DNA from: Octopus vulgaris
Lineage: Eukaryota
Assembly: GCA_951406725.2 (NCBI GenBank)
Contig: OX597819.1
Location: 105,028,001-105,092,000, forward strand
Direction: 5' to 3'
DNA: 64,000 bases
Of this stretch, positions 24,350 through 37,374 are shown piece after piece (position 1 is the first letter of the stretch; each line of letters begins with the position of its first letter). Made by a program: the position numbers and the translations under genes. The notes under the pieces are model-generated. The model ran no database searches and was not told the DNA's origin. It worked only from the letters and a program-made list of their open reading frames with translations.

Positions 24350-26250
24350 ATTTGGAAGACAACTGGAGGTTTCTACAGGACAACCTGCTGAGAGCCACTG
24401 ACCAGATCTGTGGATGGTGCAAAGTGCCATCTCGACCCAAGGTAACGTGGTGGTGGAACAATGTGGTTGACTGGGCTATTAGACAAAAGAAACAGGCTTG
24501 GAGGGACTGGAAGAATGGAGGTAGCAGGGAATTGTATCAGACTGCCAGAAGGGAAGCTAGGAGACAGGTTTATTTAGCCAAAAGGGAAGCAGATAAGAAA
24601 AAATTTGCCAATGTTCTGCGCCATGAGGACCAAAGACTTGAAGTATTTCATGTTGCAAGACAGTGTGTGAGAGAGAATTGTGATGTGGTTGGAGAGAAAT
24701 GCGTCTGTATGGATGATGGTTCACTTGCACTAAACGAGGCTGGAAAGAGAGAGGTTTGGAGACGCCACTATGAAAGGTTGCTCAATAAAGAGAATGAATT
24801 TGAGAAAGAGAGTTTGCCGAATGTCGACCCAACAGAGGGACCAGCTATCCGAATTGACAGTACTTTGGTAGTTAAAGCAATCAAGAGTATGAAGGCTGGG
24901 AAAGCCCCCAGCCCATCAGGAATCACTGCATAGATGCTCAAAATATCTGGCAGTGTTGGCTATAGCATAGTCACCTGTATAGTTAACCAGGTGATACACG
25001 AGCTGGTGTAGCAGCACCATAGTCAACTGCTACAAAGGTAAAGGTGACGCCTTAGATACAAATAATTACAGAGCTATCAAGTTGCTGGATCAGGTAATGA
25101 AGGTCATGGAGAGGGTCATAGCCCAACTAATTAGAGAAAGAGTCAGTTTAGATGAGATGCAGTTTGGGTTCATGCCAGGGAATAGCACCACTGATGCTAT
25201 ATTCCTGGTAAGACAGTTGCAGGACAAATACCTAGCCAAAGATAAACCTCTGTATCTGGCTTTCATTGATGGAGGAAGCTTTTGACAGGGTCCCTCGATC
25301 CCTTATCTAGTGGTTAATGAGGAAACTCAGGATAGATGAATGGTTAGTGAGAGCTATGCGAGCCATGTACAGGGACGCTGTTAGTAAGGTGAGGGTTGGC
25401 AATGAATACAGTGAAGAATTTCGGGTAGAGGTAGGGGTCCACCAAGGAAGTAGTTGATAGCTTCCGTTACCTAGGTGACCAGGTCAGTAGCAGGGTTGGG
25501 TGTGCTGAAAGTGTAACTGCTAGAGTAAGAATAGCCTGGGCAAAGTTCAGAGAGCTCTTACCTCTGCTGGTGACAAAAGGCCTCTTACTCAGAGTAAAAG
25601 GCAGACTGTATGACGCATGCGTACGAACACCCTAGTGGTTGAGGGAACCTGTGGAAGAGGTAGACCCAGGAAAACCTGGGACGAGGTGGTGAAGCACGAC
25701 CTTCGAACATTAGGTCTCACCGAAGCAATGACTAGTGACTGAGACCTTTGGAAGTATGCTGTGCGTGAGAAGAACCGGCAGGACAAGTGAGGCCATAACC
25801 CGTGGCCTCTATCTGGGATGTAACCAGCCCATTTATGCATACCTTTCCTTCTTGAGATACAAAACTCTGCTTGCGAAGACCTGTTGGGGCAAGTGAAATC
25901 AGAATCGAAATCGAAATCACTCAAAAATCAATGGAAATTGTAGTTGTGATACCAGTGCCGGTGGCACATAAAAGAACCATCCAAACGTGACCGTTGCCAG
26001 CCCCGCCCCGACTGGCCCCCGTGCCGGTGGCACGTAAAAAGCAACATATAATTGTCGCCGTTGCCAGCCTCACCTGGCACGTAAAAAGCACCCACTACAC
26101 TCACAAAGTGGTTGGCGTTAGGAAGGGCATCCAGCTGTAGAAACACTGCCAGATCAGGCTGAGCCTGGTGCAGTCTCCTGGCTTCCCAGACCCCAGTTGA
26201 ACCGTCCAACCCATGCTAGCATGGAAAGCGGACGTTAAACGATGATGATG
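24350..26250 (+). mobile_element. RTE-clade LINE, 5'-truncated and internally deleted
   Basis: TWWWN, KAP.PSGI, NYRAIKLL, QFGFMPG..TTDAIF, AFID, VGVHQG, FRYLG, GRGRPRKTW; stops and frameshifts; 3' UTR ending in (GAT)n. Confidence 0.92.
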
Positions 26251-26744
26251 ATATGTATGTATGTATATATATATGTATGTATATAGATGTATATGCATAT
26301 GTATAGACTTCAAGAATGCTCCTGATACTTGTACCAGCAGACAAAACAAGTAACATTTACACTGTTAATATTGAACTATATAAGTCTATGATTAGGAAGG
26401 AATTACGCAGCAAACATAGGTGCTGGTGCCACGTAAAAAGCAGTCGTGTCAGTGCTGCGTAAAAGCACCCAGCACACTCTGTAAAGTGATTGGCGTTAGG
26501 AAGGGCATCTAACCGTAGAAACCATGCCAAAAAAGACATGGAGTCTGAACAGCCCTTCATCTGGTCAGCTCTCGTCAAACCCATGCCAGCTTGGAAAACG
26601 GACGTTAAAGGATGATGATGATTCAATAACTATTTGTATTACTAGTGTAGTTTCTCTTCTTATGTAATGTTTAAATTTATTGGTAATTGTTCAGTTTGGT
26701 TAGATTAAAAAAGTTTAAAAAAATCAAGGAGTAGATTAGTTAAC

Positions 26745-27010
26745 TTTTTTTACACTACTTTTTACATAACATAAACACTGGCGCAATATGACTTCTCTTA
26801 AAAAATGAACAATCACCAACAGATTTTTTCCTTTTACAACACTTGCAGTGCCATAATATTCCACCACTAACGCCACCCCGTGTAGTAAAGCCACTTGGTG
26901 AATTACAATTTTCACATGTATACATATAATTAGTCGACGCCGTGCCAACCACTGAAGAATGTCTCCAGCTTTTCCTAATTGAATGATAGTCCGCGATTCC
27001 TCTAACATCT
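26745..27010 (-). mobile_element. Merlin (IS1595/ISXO2-like) transposase N-terminal zinc-ribbon fragment
   Basis: Two frames join to QWLARRRLI-(fs)-CENCN...GILWHCKCCKRKKSVGDCSFFKRSHI, matching the Merlin pattern C..C...G..W.C..C....S.R..SFF..S.L. Confidence 0.62.
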
Positions 27011-27308
27011 CCCCCTTAATTTTTATTTATTTTTAAAATCTAACCAAACTGAATAATTACTAAAATTTACTACTATTATTATACTTTTATTTGTTTCAGT
27101 CATTTGACTGCGGCCACGCTGGAGCACCGCGTATTGTTTTCATTTGTAAACAAGGCGTAATTAGAAAGAAAGAAAGAAGAAAGAAAGAAAGAAACGGTCG
27201 ACAGATATCAGAGTCACTCAACATGGCGTCGAGCGGGTTTCCTAAACTTAAGCGGCGAATATTTTGTAATAATACTGATTGAACATCTCAGATTTAATAT
27301 CTGCAATT

Positions 27309-27408
27309 ATGGATGTGATCCTTCTCTTGCTTATTCTTCATCTTATTCCATCTCGTAACGGTGTTGCTTGTCTTCCTTCGCAGAATCTTTGTGCCGACGT
27401 TACAGATT
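27309..27408 (+). CDS. NEMP1: Nuclear envelope integral membrane protein (NEMP/TMEM194), exon 1 with signal peptide
   Basis: MDVILLLLILHLIPSRNGVAC... is a hydrophobic signal-like N-terminus. In-frame stop just upstream (27276); donor gtaaga at 27409, phase 1, compatible with exon 2. Confidence 0.75.
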
Positions 27409-27524
27409 GTAAGATTTTTTATAACGCATTTTCCTTTTTACAACTTTTGTCGTTAAACTTTTTGAATCTAACGTAAACAATGACCTCCGGTACAAAACGG
27501 AGAAGACCACATAGGAACAACATA

Positions 27525-28205
27525 CTACATCCTTCACCCAATTTACAAATAATAAATCAATAATATTACTTGAGTGACTTTTAAGATTAATTAAATTGAA
27601 TTAATTGCGGTTCTGTAGTATATTTTATTCTTTTATGAAACAACTCTTAGAATTTTTGTAGTCATTCGGGAATTTCCAGACAATGTAGTGTATATAAAAT
27701 TCTATAAACAATTGAGGGGGCCTGTGATTATTAAAACTAATTAAAATTGATCACTGTTTATAATTTATAAACCATAAAACCATTCCAACATGTTTCTCCG
27801 TTGTGCACTGGAGTTCGTTTATTTTACGTACAGATGTGATAACTTCACTTTATTGTTTATAAAACATACTATAAAATGATAATTAAGTCAGGTTAATTAA
27901 TCTCAGCAGTCACAGGCTCCCTACTTAATTACACAACGCATATAGAATCCTTGAATATCTATCGAAATTCTAAGGTGTACCGTTTTATTGTTAATTAAAT
28001 GATAATTAAATTAGTTTAATTAATCTTAGAAATCAGAATTTCCTTCATTAAGTAATGACATTTTCACTATATATGAGGTATTCTGTAATGTCTACAAAAA
28101 TTGTGTGATGTTTTATTTATTAAGTAGACAATAAAATGAAACTAAGTCAGCTAATTAAACTTAACAGATATAACTATGTATTTGTAAATTGAATGAAAAA
28201 TGCAG
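27525..28205. mobile_element. Putative MITE with about 27-bp imperfect TIRs and AT-rich internal repeats
   Basis: ctacatccttcacccaatttacaaata ... tatttgtaaattgaatgaaaaatgcag. Internal aaatgataattaa..ttaattaatct motifs occur in both orientations. Confidence 0.5.
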
Positions 28206-28298
28206 CATTTTATTTCTATGTGGTCACTTCTATTTTTATATTGGATGCCAACGTCTATGTACATAGACAACAACTTTTGGAAATTGATAAGGAATAAC

Positions 28299-28428
28299 GG
28301 TCAATATAAAGACCTTCACCCGGGAGCAAAAAAAAAAACTCCGGCCTGGTCACCCCCCCCCCTTCCAGGCTGGTTTATTTATTTATCTTTTTTTTTTTTG
28401 TTCCCGAGTGAAGGTCTTTATATTTACC
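28299..28428. mobile_element. 130-bp hairpin MITE, probably Merlin-derived
   Basis: 40-bp TIRs (37/40 match) starting GGTCA/GGTAA; flanked by an 8-bp TSD ggaataac/agaataac. Confidence 0.7.
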
Positions 28429-29039
28429 AGAATAACCAGTTTTTGAAAATTGATAGGAATAACGTACGCATATATTTTATATTTGTAAAAATTAACATTA
28501 TTTGCCGACTAGTGCTGAAGTTTCGGACGGATTGTTTTAAGGAGAGAGAGATTTTTTTTTTTATCTGGGACCCATCCGAAACATGAAAACAACTCATTCC
28601 GCATTCTAATTTTTTGTTTTACGAGTGTATTATTCTATGTTACTGTGTGTTTATTGTCTTTCTTGTCGATGTGTACATACATACAGCTGTTCTATTCCAA
28701 ATAAGATAAAGGCATACCCCCAAATTCTGGTAAATGTGTAGGATGTCGGCGTCATTTTTTTGGGGCATTCTTTCGATATAACTTGACAAAATCAAAACAT
28801 TTCACTTCAGGTATTTCCGTGGGTTGTGGAGTTTAGATAGAACGAAATCATACCAGCAATGTCTCATTTTAAACTTGAAGAAAATAAGCCTTGCATATTT
28901 GTTCTCACCTGTTTCATGTGTGTATGTAAAATCTGGAAATTTCCAAGCAGCAAAAGACCTCTAAATGAAGTAAAAACTATAACATATTCAGAACACTATT
29001 TCAGAAAATTATCACTGTTCAACACCAACGTCAGAATCG

Positions 29040-30290
29040 CCATCTTCATCTCCTTTGGTTTCCTTCTCTGTTTACCAAATGTCATGAATGATCTTGTCTA
29101 GTTTTTCTTCTTCAGTGTTGATCTCTGGGGCAACAACAGCACCCTCATCTACAGACAACCAGTTCTCGAATTGCTCTTTGGTCAGTCCAGTAGGCAGTGA
29201 AGGCAGGATCAAATCTTCGTTACCATTTATGGCTTCTTTTGATTCTTTGGCCAAAACAAAACCAGCTTTGATCCAACAGTGTTTGATTGTCTGGCTAGAG
29301 ACTTTCTTCCAAGCTACGCTTAACATGTACATGGCATCCAAAATGGTGATCCACTTTGCAAAATTCTTGGGCAAAAATGTCACGTGCAGTGTCTTCCATA
29401 ACCTCAATGATCTTCTCATGCATTTCATGTCTGAAGTAGGCTTACAAGGTCTTGATTATCCCCATTTCACAGGACTGCAGCACTGATGTTGTGTTAGGAG
29501 GAAGAAATTTTGAAGTGATGTCCTTGAGATCATTGATGACTATATGAGAAGAGCAATTGTCAAGTAGGACCACCACTTGTCTTCCAGATTTCTGCGAATG
29601 ACAATCCTAAGATCTGAGTCCATCTTCCATAGATTTTTTCTGTCATCCAAACATTGGTTGAAAAGTCGTACTGAATCAGAAGCGTTTTGACATTTTTGAA
29701 GCATCTTTCTGATTAAGAACAAGTCTTCTTTGCCTCCATTCAAGGTCACATGGTCCTTTGCCATCTTAAAGTCCCTCACAGTTTTCTTGCAACTCTTGTT
29801 GACATACGTATTTCCTGGTGATGCACGAAAGTAGATCCCAGTTTCATTGACATTGTAGATGTCCTGTGGCTGATATGATTTCCACAGAAGCTGCATGGTT
29901 GTCTCATGAAATTGATGGGTGCCATTGACATCAGCTTCAGCTGCAAAGTATGAAATGTTTAGTTTGTGTTCTCTGAAGAGAAAAATGTGAACTAGTAAAC
30001 TACAACGCTTACTTTTTAGAATCATAAAAGAGATTCCATGTCTTTTTTGCCAATGGTGAAACCAACCTTCGACTGCCTTAAAATCATGTCCAGCAGCTTG
30101 AGCTATGGTGTTGGCTTTGCACATTAGGATCGGGCCATTGATGGACCTTAACCTGCCGGTGACTTTATATTATAGTGTGTCACTTTCATTTTATCAAAAC
30201 TGTTGTGGATATTTTGTTTGGCAGTCCAAGAAAGATTTTTATTTTTGATGCCCTGATGCAACCAGCTCTTTCAACACAGGATGTTTTGGG
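29040..30290 (-). mobile_element. pogo/Tigger transposase remnant (CENP-B HTH + DDE_1)
   Basis: FKA..GWF..W.KRHGI, DIYN.NETGIYFRA.P, K.K..VT, LPPNTTS.LQ...GIIK, LDAM......AW..V...TI..CW.KAGF; multiple frameshifts. Confidence 0.88.
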
Positions 30291-30473
30291 GTGTATTTAA
30301 GAATTATTTGTGTTAGGCTAGGGGTGTGATTTTATTGTATTGTTTAGATTGTTGTTGTTGTTTTTAAGAGTAGAGGTGTGTTTATAGGGAGATTTGACTA
30401 TGATTTCTAGCAGGTCAAGCAGACTCATGTCTAAAATAGCAGAAACTATTCAATTACTGAATAATAATGATAA

Positions 30474-30692
30474 TAATCCTTTCTACTAAAGGCACAAGGC
30501 CTGAAATTTTGTGGGAGGGGACTAGTTGATTACATCAACCCCAGTGTTTCACTGGTACTTAATTTATCAACCCTGAAAGGATGAAAGGCAAAGTCAACCT
30601 CGGCAGAATTTGAACTTAGAATGTAGCGACGGGCAAAATACTGCTAAGTATTTCATCCAACATGTTAACGATTCTACCAGCTCACCGCCTTA
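30474..30692 (-). mobile_element. tRNA-derived SINE with Nin-like central domain
   Basis: Minus strand reads ggcggtgagctggtagaatcgtta (A box)...gttcaaattc (B box)...gcctttcatcctttcaggg.tgataaatt.agtaccag. Copies near 1845-2370 (three), 13270, 14560, 30720 and 43490. Confidence 0.8.
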
Positions 30693-32123
30693 TTGATAAT
30701 AATTATAATAATGGTAGTAATAATAATCCTTTCTGCTGAAGGTACAAGGCCTTGAAATTTTGTAGGAGGAGACTAGTCAATTACATTGACCTCAGTGTTT
30801 CACTGGTACTCAATTTATCAACCCTGAAAGGATGAAAGGCAAAGTCGACCTCGGCAGAATTTGAACTTGCTGCCTTGACTGGCTTCTGTGCCGGTGGCAC
30901 GTAAGCCGGTGGCACGTAAAGAGCACCAACCAATTGTGGCCGTTGCCAGCCTCGCCTGGCATGTAAAAAGCACCCACTACACTTACGGAGTGGTTGGCGT
31001 TAGGAAGGGCATCCAGCTGTAGAAACACTGCCAGATCAGACTGGAGCCTGGTGCAGCCTTCTGGCTTCCCAGACCCAAGTTGAACCGTCCAACCCATGCT
31101 AGCATGGAAAACGGACGTTAAACGATGATGATGTAGTGATGGGTGAAATACCACTAAGCATTTCAGCTGGTGTGCTAATGATTCTACCAGCTCACCGCTT
31201 TGATAGTAATAATAATAATAATGTTATCATTTTTATGTCCACTCCACACTTAGATGGGTTGAACGTTTTGATTGGAATAAAAGTAAATAAACAATTTTTA
31301 TGTATTTTTAAATTGTTAATGTGGTTTTTTCATTCATGGAATTGTTATTCATCATCATTTAACATCCTTTTTTCCATGCTGGTGTGGGTTGCATGGTTTA
31401 ACAGGAACTGGCAAGTCAGAGTGCTGTGCCATACTCCAGTGTCTTCTATGGCATGGTTTCTACAGCTGGATGCTCTTCCTCTTGCCAGCCACCTCATAGA
31501 GTGTACTGGGTGCACTTTTTTTTTTGCAACACCAGCACTGGCGAGGTCACCAAGTACCTGTATGACAATCCCTCAACTGAGTGGGGTGTAGTATTCAGGG
31601 ATTGTTTTGTTTGTTCACTTTCTGTCCATATTTCCATATTAGCATAGTTAAACAAAAGAATATTATTGAGGTATTGTTTACTGCTTGATGCTCTTCCAAG
31701 TTTTCAAGTAAGGGAATTACTTGTCTTCAAAAGTGCAGAGTTAGCTGATTATTTGTGTGGATGCTGTTAGTTGGGGTCCTCTACTGTAGGCTGACCAATA
31801 CTTTGTGAGTGAAATTTAGTGGGCAGAAACTGGAAGAAACCCATTATCATATGTGTATGTGTGTGCATGTATAACTGTATATTCCCTTTGTCTAGACATG
31901 TGCTTTCTGATTGTAAACGAAGCATCTCCATTCATAAAAATGGTATACCTAGAAGGTGAGGCTTGATTACAGGGAGAGTATCAGACCATAGAAAACTCTA
32001 CCTCATCTGAGTTTTGTCTGACCCATGCAAGCAAAGAAAAGTAGATGTGAAAATGATGATGGTATATAGATTGCATATACAATCGTATATTAAAAGTATC
32101 AAATCTTACTCATTGTATTCTAG

Positions 32124-32251
32124 GTACTATAATAGACTCCACAAAGCCTTTTATTTCCATCCAAAATGAATATGCAGACCCAGAGAAGAATTGGATATTT
32201 TGTTATCCTGGAGAAAAGCGAAATATTTATAAACTCTGGATGTCACCAATG
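32124..32251 (+). CDS. NEMP1: NEMP exon 2
   Basis: tag acceptor; (C)TIIDSTKP...WIFCYPGEKRNIYKLWMSPM with the FCY...W motif of the NEMP luminal part; gtaagt donor; phase 1 to 0. Confidence 0.85.
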
Positions 32252-32874
32252 GTAAGTTGATCTTCTTTACTATCACCTCTTTTCTGACAATTCAGTAGTT
32301 ATTTTACTGGCTCAAATCTCACTCTGCCATCTTATACAATAGGGCACTTTGAATGAAGTTTTAGATACACTCTGATTGCAAACAAGGCCAGGTGTCATGG
32401 CTGGAATGCCTTCATTAATATGACTGCATAAATCAGAGTTTACCTGTGCCTAGGTCTCATCATCATCATTAGTTTACATTTGCTTTCCATGCTGGTATTG
32501 GTTGGATGAGTCATCGCTGTTTAGGTCTTTTCTTACCAGTAACTGTCCATTCTTTCCAGTATGAGCACCAGTTTATGGGAGTAGCAGCTCTCAATAAGAA
32601 ATAATAATACTGTGACAACCTGTCCAATCCATGCTAGCATGAAAAACTGATATAAAACTTTAAAAAATAATTACAGACTAGCATTCTGTTGTTCAACCAA
32701 CTGTACCACAATACTCACCTAAACAATGATAATAAATATTGATTCCCTTTGATTGAGTACAGATCAATTTTTGAAAAGCAGTTTGGTTTACCAGTTGAAT
32801 GACTGGTATATCTTAGGATATATCCAATGGTACATATCATTGGATCTTGTTTATATATCCCAAAGAAAGGAAAG

Positions 32875-33990
32875 GTACAAGTAAGCCATTGTACTTAGCC
32901 TTCATTGACCTGGAGAAAGCTTTTGTCAGGGTCCCTCACTCTCTTATTTGGTGGTCTCTAAGGAAGCTAGGAGTGGCTTATTAGAGCCGTTCAGGCCATG
33001 TACAGTAAAGTGAGAGTTGGACTTGAATAGAATTGAAGCAGAATAGACTTGAAAAGACTCTGAAGCAGAATTGGAGAAGTTCCGGGTTTAGAAGCAAAAC
33101 CTGGAATCAAAGGGCCTTAAAGTTAACTAAGTTGTTGTTAGAGAGAAAGGAGATAAGACTCATTCCAGTTGGCAAATGGCCCTGTTCAATATGTAGGAAA
33201 GGAGTGAGATGTAATTCCATTTGCTGCACCAGATGTAAGCTATGGATACATAAGTGATGCAATTGAATTGTGAGAAGGATATCAGATAAGGTTGCTTTCG
33301 AGTGTGACAGGTGCACAGGAACAGTAAGTACTAAGAGCATGAGAGACTTAAACTGTCTCAAATGTCCAGGAGGCTCTCTTGAGGTAGTAGATAGTTTCTG
33401 CTATTTAGGTGACCAAATTAGTCATGGTGGTGGATGTTCTGAAAGTGTTGTTTCTAGAATAAGAATAGGGTGGAGGAAGTTCAGAGAACTACTGCCTCTG
33501 TTAGCAGCAAAAGGACTCTCTCAGAGTGAAAGGGAGATTGTATGATGCTTGAGTGAGAATGGCTATGTTACATGGTAGTGAGACACGGGCACTGACTGCA
33601 GAGGACATGCATAGGTTGGAGAGGAATAAAGGTAGTATGCTCTGTTGGATTTGCAATGTCAGTGTGCATGACCAGCAAAGCACAACTGTGTTGAGAGAAA
33701 AGGTAGGCATAAGAGAGATTAAATGTGGTATGCAGGAGAGGAGACTGCATTGGTTTGGACATGTGGTGCATATGAATAAAGACAGCTGTATACAGAAGTG
33801 CCTGTCACTGAAAGTGGATGGTACTTGTGGAAGAGGGAGACCCAGAAAGACATGGGATGAAGTGGTGAGGACTGATTTTAGGATGTTGGGACTCATGGAG
33901 GAAATGACAGTGGACCAAGATGTTTGGCAATATGAGGCTCTAGAGAAGACCTGTCCACAAAACTGAGTGGTAGAAGAGTTATGTCCCACC
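32875..33990 (+). mobile_element. RTE-clade LINE fragment with PHD-like finger inside ORF
   Basis: AFIDLEKAF..VP, GKWPCSIC...CTRCKLWIHK*C...CDRC, VDSFCYLG, LHGSET, WFGHV, GRGRPRKTW. Confidence 0.9.
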
Positions 33991-34593
33991 CACATGTAAC
34001 AACACACTTTTCACCCACTCTACCCTAAGAATCCAAACTACAACTCCTCTTCTAACTGCATCTTTTGCTTCTTCACACACACACACATATATATATATAT
34101 ACACATACATATATATTATACATGTGTATGTGTGTAAAAAGCACCAGTGCTGGTGTTATGTTAAAAGCGCCCAGTACATTCTGTAAAGTGGTTGGTATTA
34201 GGAAGCTGTAACCAGCTCCTGTCAAGCCGTCCAGACCATACCAGCTTGGAAAATAGTCATTAAATGATGACAGTGATGATAATATATGAGAGAGAGAGAG
34301 AGAGAGAGAAAATTTTTACCAGTCCAAAGATCAGGTGTTAGTTTTCCATCTCATATTGTAAATTATATTTCAATGCAGCAGTTTTGCTTTCTTTTGGCAA
34401 GATACTTCATTCTACTTACCTCAGATCTTCTGGGAATTTTACTATTTTCTTCCTCACCTTAATATTATGGTGTTCATCTGATGGAAACTGTTACCAATTA
34501 TCTTTTTTCTATTTAAATCACATAAATGTTTCAAATATTCAAAAGTTATATAACTGATGAGTTTCTTTCCCTTCTTTCTTTTTTTATGTTTAG

Positions 34594-34795
34594 TTGAAAT
34601 TGAATATCAACGATGAGTATTCAGTGAGTTATGGTGATAATGCTTTGGAAACTGAAGCAAGTGCCTCTTCATTTAGTTTCAACATAATACGTAACAAATT
34701 GTTTCAAAACAAAGAAATTTCTTTGCGTCCTTTTAATTCAACTTGTGTGCGAATCAGTACAACAAATGATTTTTCTGTACAACTGAGAACAAAAG
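34594..34795 (+). CDS. NEMP1: NEMP exon 3
   Basis: Long pyrimidine tract; LKLNINDEYSVSYG...ISLRPFNSTCVRIST...; gtatgt donor; phase 0 to 1. Confidence 0.85.
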
Positions 34796-36584
34796 GTATG
34801 TGTAAACACTTAAACATTTCTAACCCTTTCTTTTGGCTAATGAGACAAGCAAGCCTTCATTAATTAATTTATTGACTTTTCCTCAGATTTCCCTTTTTAG
34901 TTGTTTTAATTTTGTTTCTATTAGATTCAGTGAGACAACTACAATTTCTTAGCAAGGAATCAACTACTTGACTTTTGTTATGTGTTAATCTCAAGAATGC
35001 CTTTGTTATGGTTGCTTGTTCTATATATACTTAATTTGTAGGCATTCCTATATACACTTAGTTTATAGGCATTCCATAAACTAAGTGTATATGAATTGTT
35101 TATGTGAGTTGTGCAAGCCATGTAAGAAGATATAAGCAAGGTTGGGCTTGGAAACAAGCTCAGTGAAGAAATTATTATACAAGCAGGTATACATCTTGGT
35201 TTCGTCCTCAGCTTTTTGCTATTCATTATAGTTTTCTCATCACACTGACCACCACTAATGGCTCTGTAGAACCAGATTTATCAGAATTGGTGTTTTTGGA
35301 GCGATGACTCTGTTTGTAGCAAGTGTTATTTAAATACCCTATTGAATTTGAATTTAGTTTCTATTTTACCTGTAAAGGTGTAAACTTGCTAGCCACTTTA
35401 TTATTATCATTATTATTACTATTAATAACAGTAATAATACTTATTTAATTTATATATATATATGTTCAAGCAAGAAAAAACAACAACGCGAGGATGTAGA
35501 ATAAGTACAGTGTTACTAGACGCTCAGGAAAGGAGAATAATATGTGTGTGTGTGTAGGAATGACACTCTGTGCAAAATTTGTTGAAGAGTTGCAGACAAA
35601 TTTACATACCTTGAAGAAAGGTCTTTATCTTTTTGTCAAGAAAAAAGGTAGGTCTGTTGAACCTTTACAGGGCCTCTGAAACTGGTGGAAGAGAGGGAGG
35701 AAATTATCCTCAAACCAGAGACCTGGCCTAAATGCTTGCAAAAACGTGAAATGTGTTAAAGATACCCAACATATCAGATGGTGGTATTAAAGATGAGTTA
35801 AGTCTACCACCCAAATAGGCTGTGGCAGCAGTTGAACTCAGAACACAAAGAACATAAACAAATACCACAAGGCATCCAGTTTGATATTCTTACAGTTCTG
35901 CCAAATCTTTTACCATGGATTGGTGCTTATCAAATCCAGACAGATGAAAGATTAAGTTGACCTTGGTAGAGTTTGAACTCAGAACACAGAGTTGGGACAA
36001 GTTCCATGAGACATTCTTTTCAACTCAGCCTATTCTTTTCTTTTCTTACCGTCTAAAAGTTAACACGACAAGGGTCAAAGTGCAAGTTTGAATCAGAACA
36101 TACAATCTCAGTTGCATATATAGGAAGTACCTTTGTTTGCAATATTCAAAGGGAGTTGGGGAATGTACAGTTCTGTGTTGCCAGTTCAATTAATAAGTAC
36201 AGAAGAAGGTGCCTTAGGATCTCTGGGAAACCGACAAACAAAATTAATTTCAGTTGCAAAGGGCATTGAACTGTAAAAACCATGCCAAAGCAGTTCCCCA
36301 AATCATCAAATCTTGTTAAACTGTTCAACATGTGCTAGTATGGAAGACTGATGTTAAATGATAACACTCATTTACTTGTTTCAGCCATTTGACTGTGGCC
36401 ATGCTGGAGCACCGCCTTTAGTCGAGCATATCAACCCCAGGACTTATTCTTTGTAAGCCTAGTACTTATTCTATCAGTTTCTTTTGCTGAACCACTAAGT
36501 TACGGGGATGTAAACACAACAGCATCAGTTGTCAAGCGATGTCGGTGGGGACAAACTCAGATACAAACATATACACACACATAC

Positions 36585-36623
<39 letters not shown>

Positions 36624-37374
36624 CTATGGGCTTTTTCAGTTTCCGTCTACCAAATCCACTCACAAGGCTTTGGTCGGCCCAAGGCTGTAGTAGAAGACAC
36701 TTGTCCAAGGTGCCATGTGGTTGGTAAGCAAGCTACTTACCACACAGCCACTCCTGCGACTATAAAAAAATTTTTTTTTTGCCACTATCTAGAAACCAAA
36801 GGAAATAACTGTTATTCCCTTCAAACTTAGCTTTTGTGACTTGGACATCAATGTTTTGAGACTACCCAATTTTCCATTACATTTCAGACAGATTCAGCAC
36901 TGACTGGTTGAAGCAGAAGTATCGTTGTAGCAAATATTCTGCTCAATACCACAGATTTGCTTGTCAGTTGCTTGATCTTAAATATGTTCCTTAGTGACTG
37001 GTAGTATGTACATCTCTGATCATGAGCAGGAGTAGTGGAGGAGCATCGTAATCATGTGTTGAGAGAATTCTTTGGAGTTTGAATAAATGTAATAAAAGCA
37101 AAATATGAAGGAAATATTTACTATCTTTCATACTTGCTAGGGGCAAACAAACAGGAAAGAACAATTTACTACCCAAGGACAAAAATTTGTGTTTCCCAGT
37201 GTAATCATGGTGTTAATGGTGATGATGAATCTCAGCTGTAGTCATCAATAGGAACAGCTATGAAATGAAGTTCATGAACTGTGCAACCAGCTTACCAGTC
37301 ATAGTTGATAATTTCTGTTACTTAGCTAAAAGAAACTAATTAGTGCTGTGTATTTCTGGTAGAATAAGAAAGAA

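Noticed and set aside
30600-30692. tRNA-like A/B boxes
   Set aside because: These are SINE heads, multi-copy and diverged; no intact cloverleaf.
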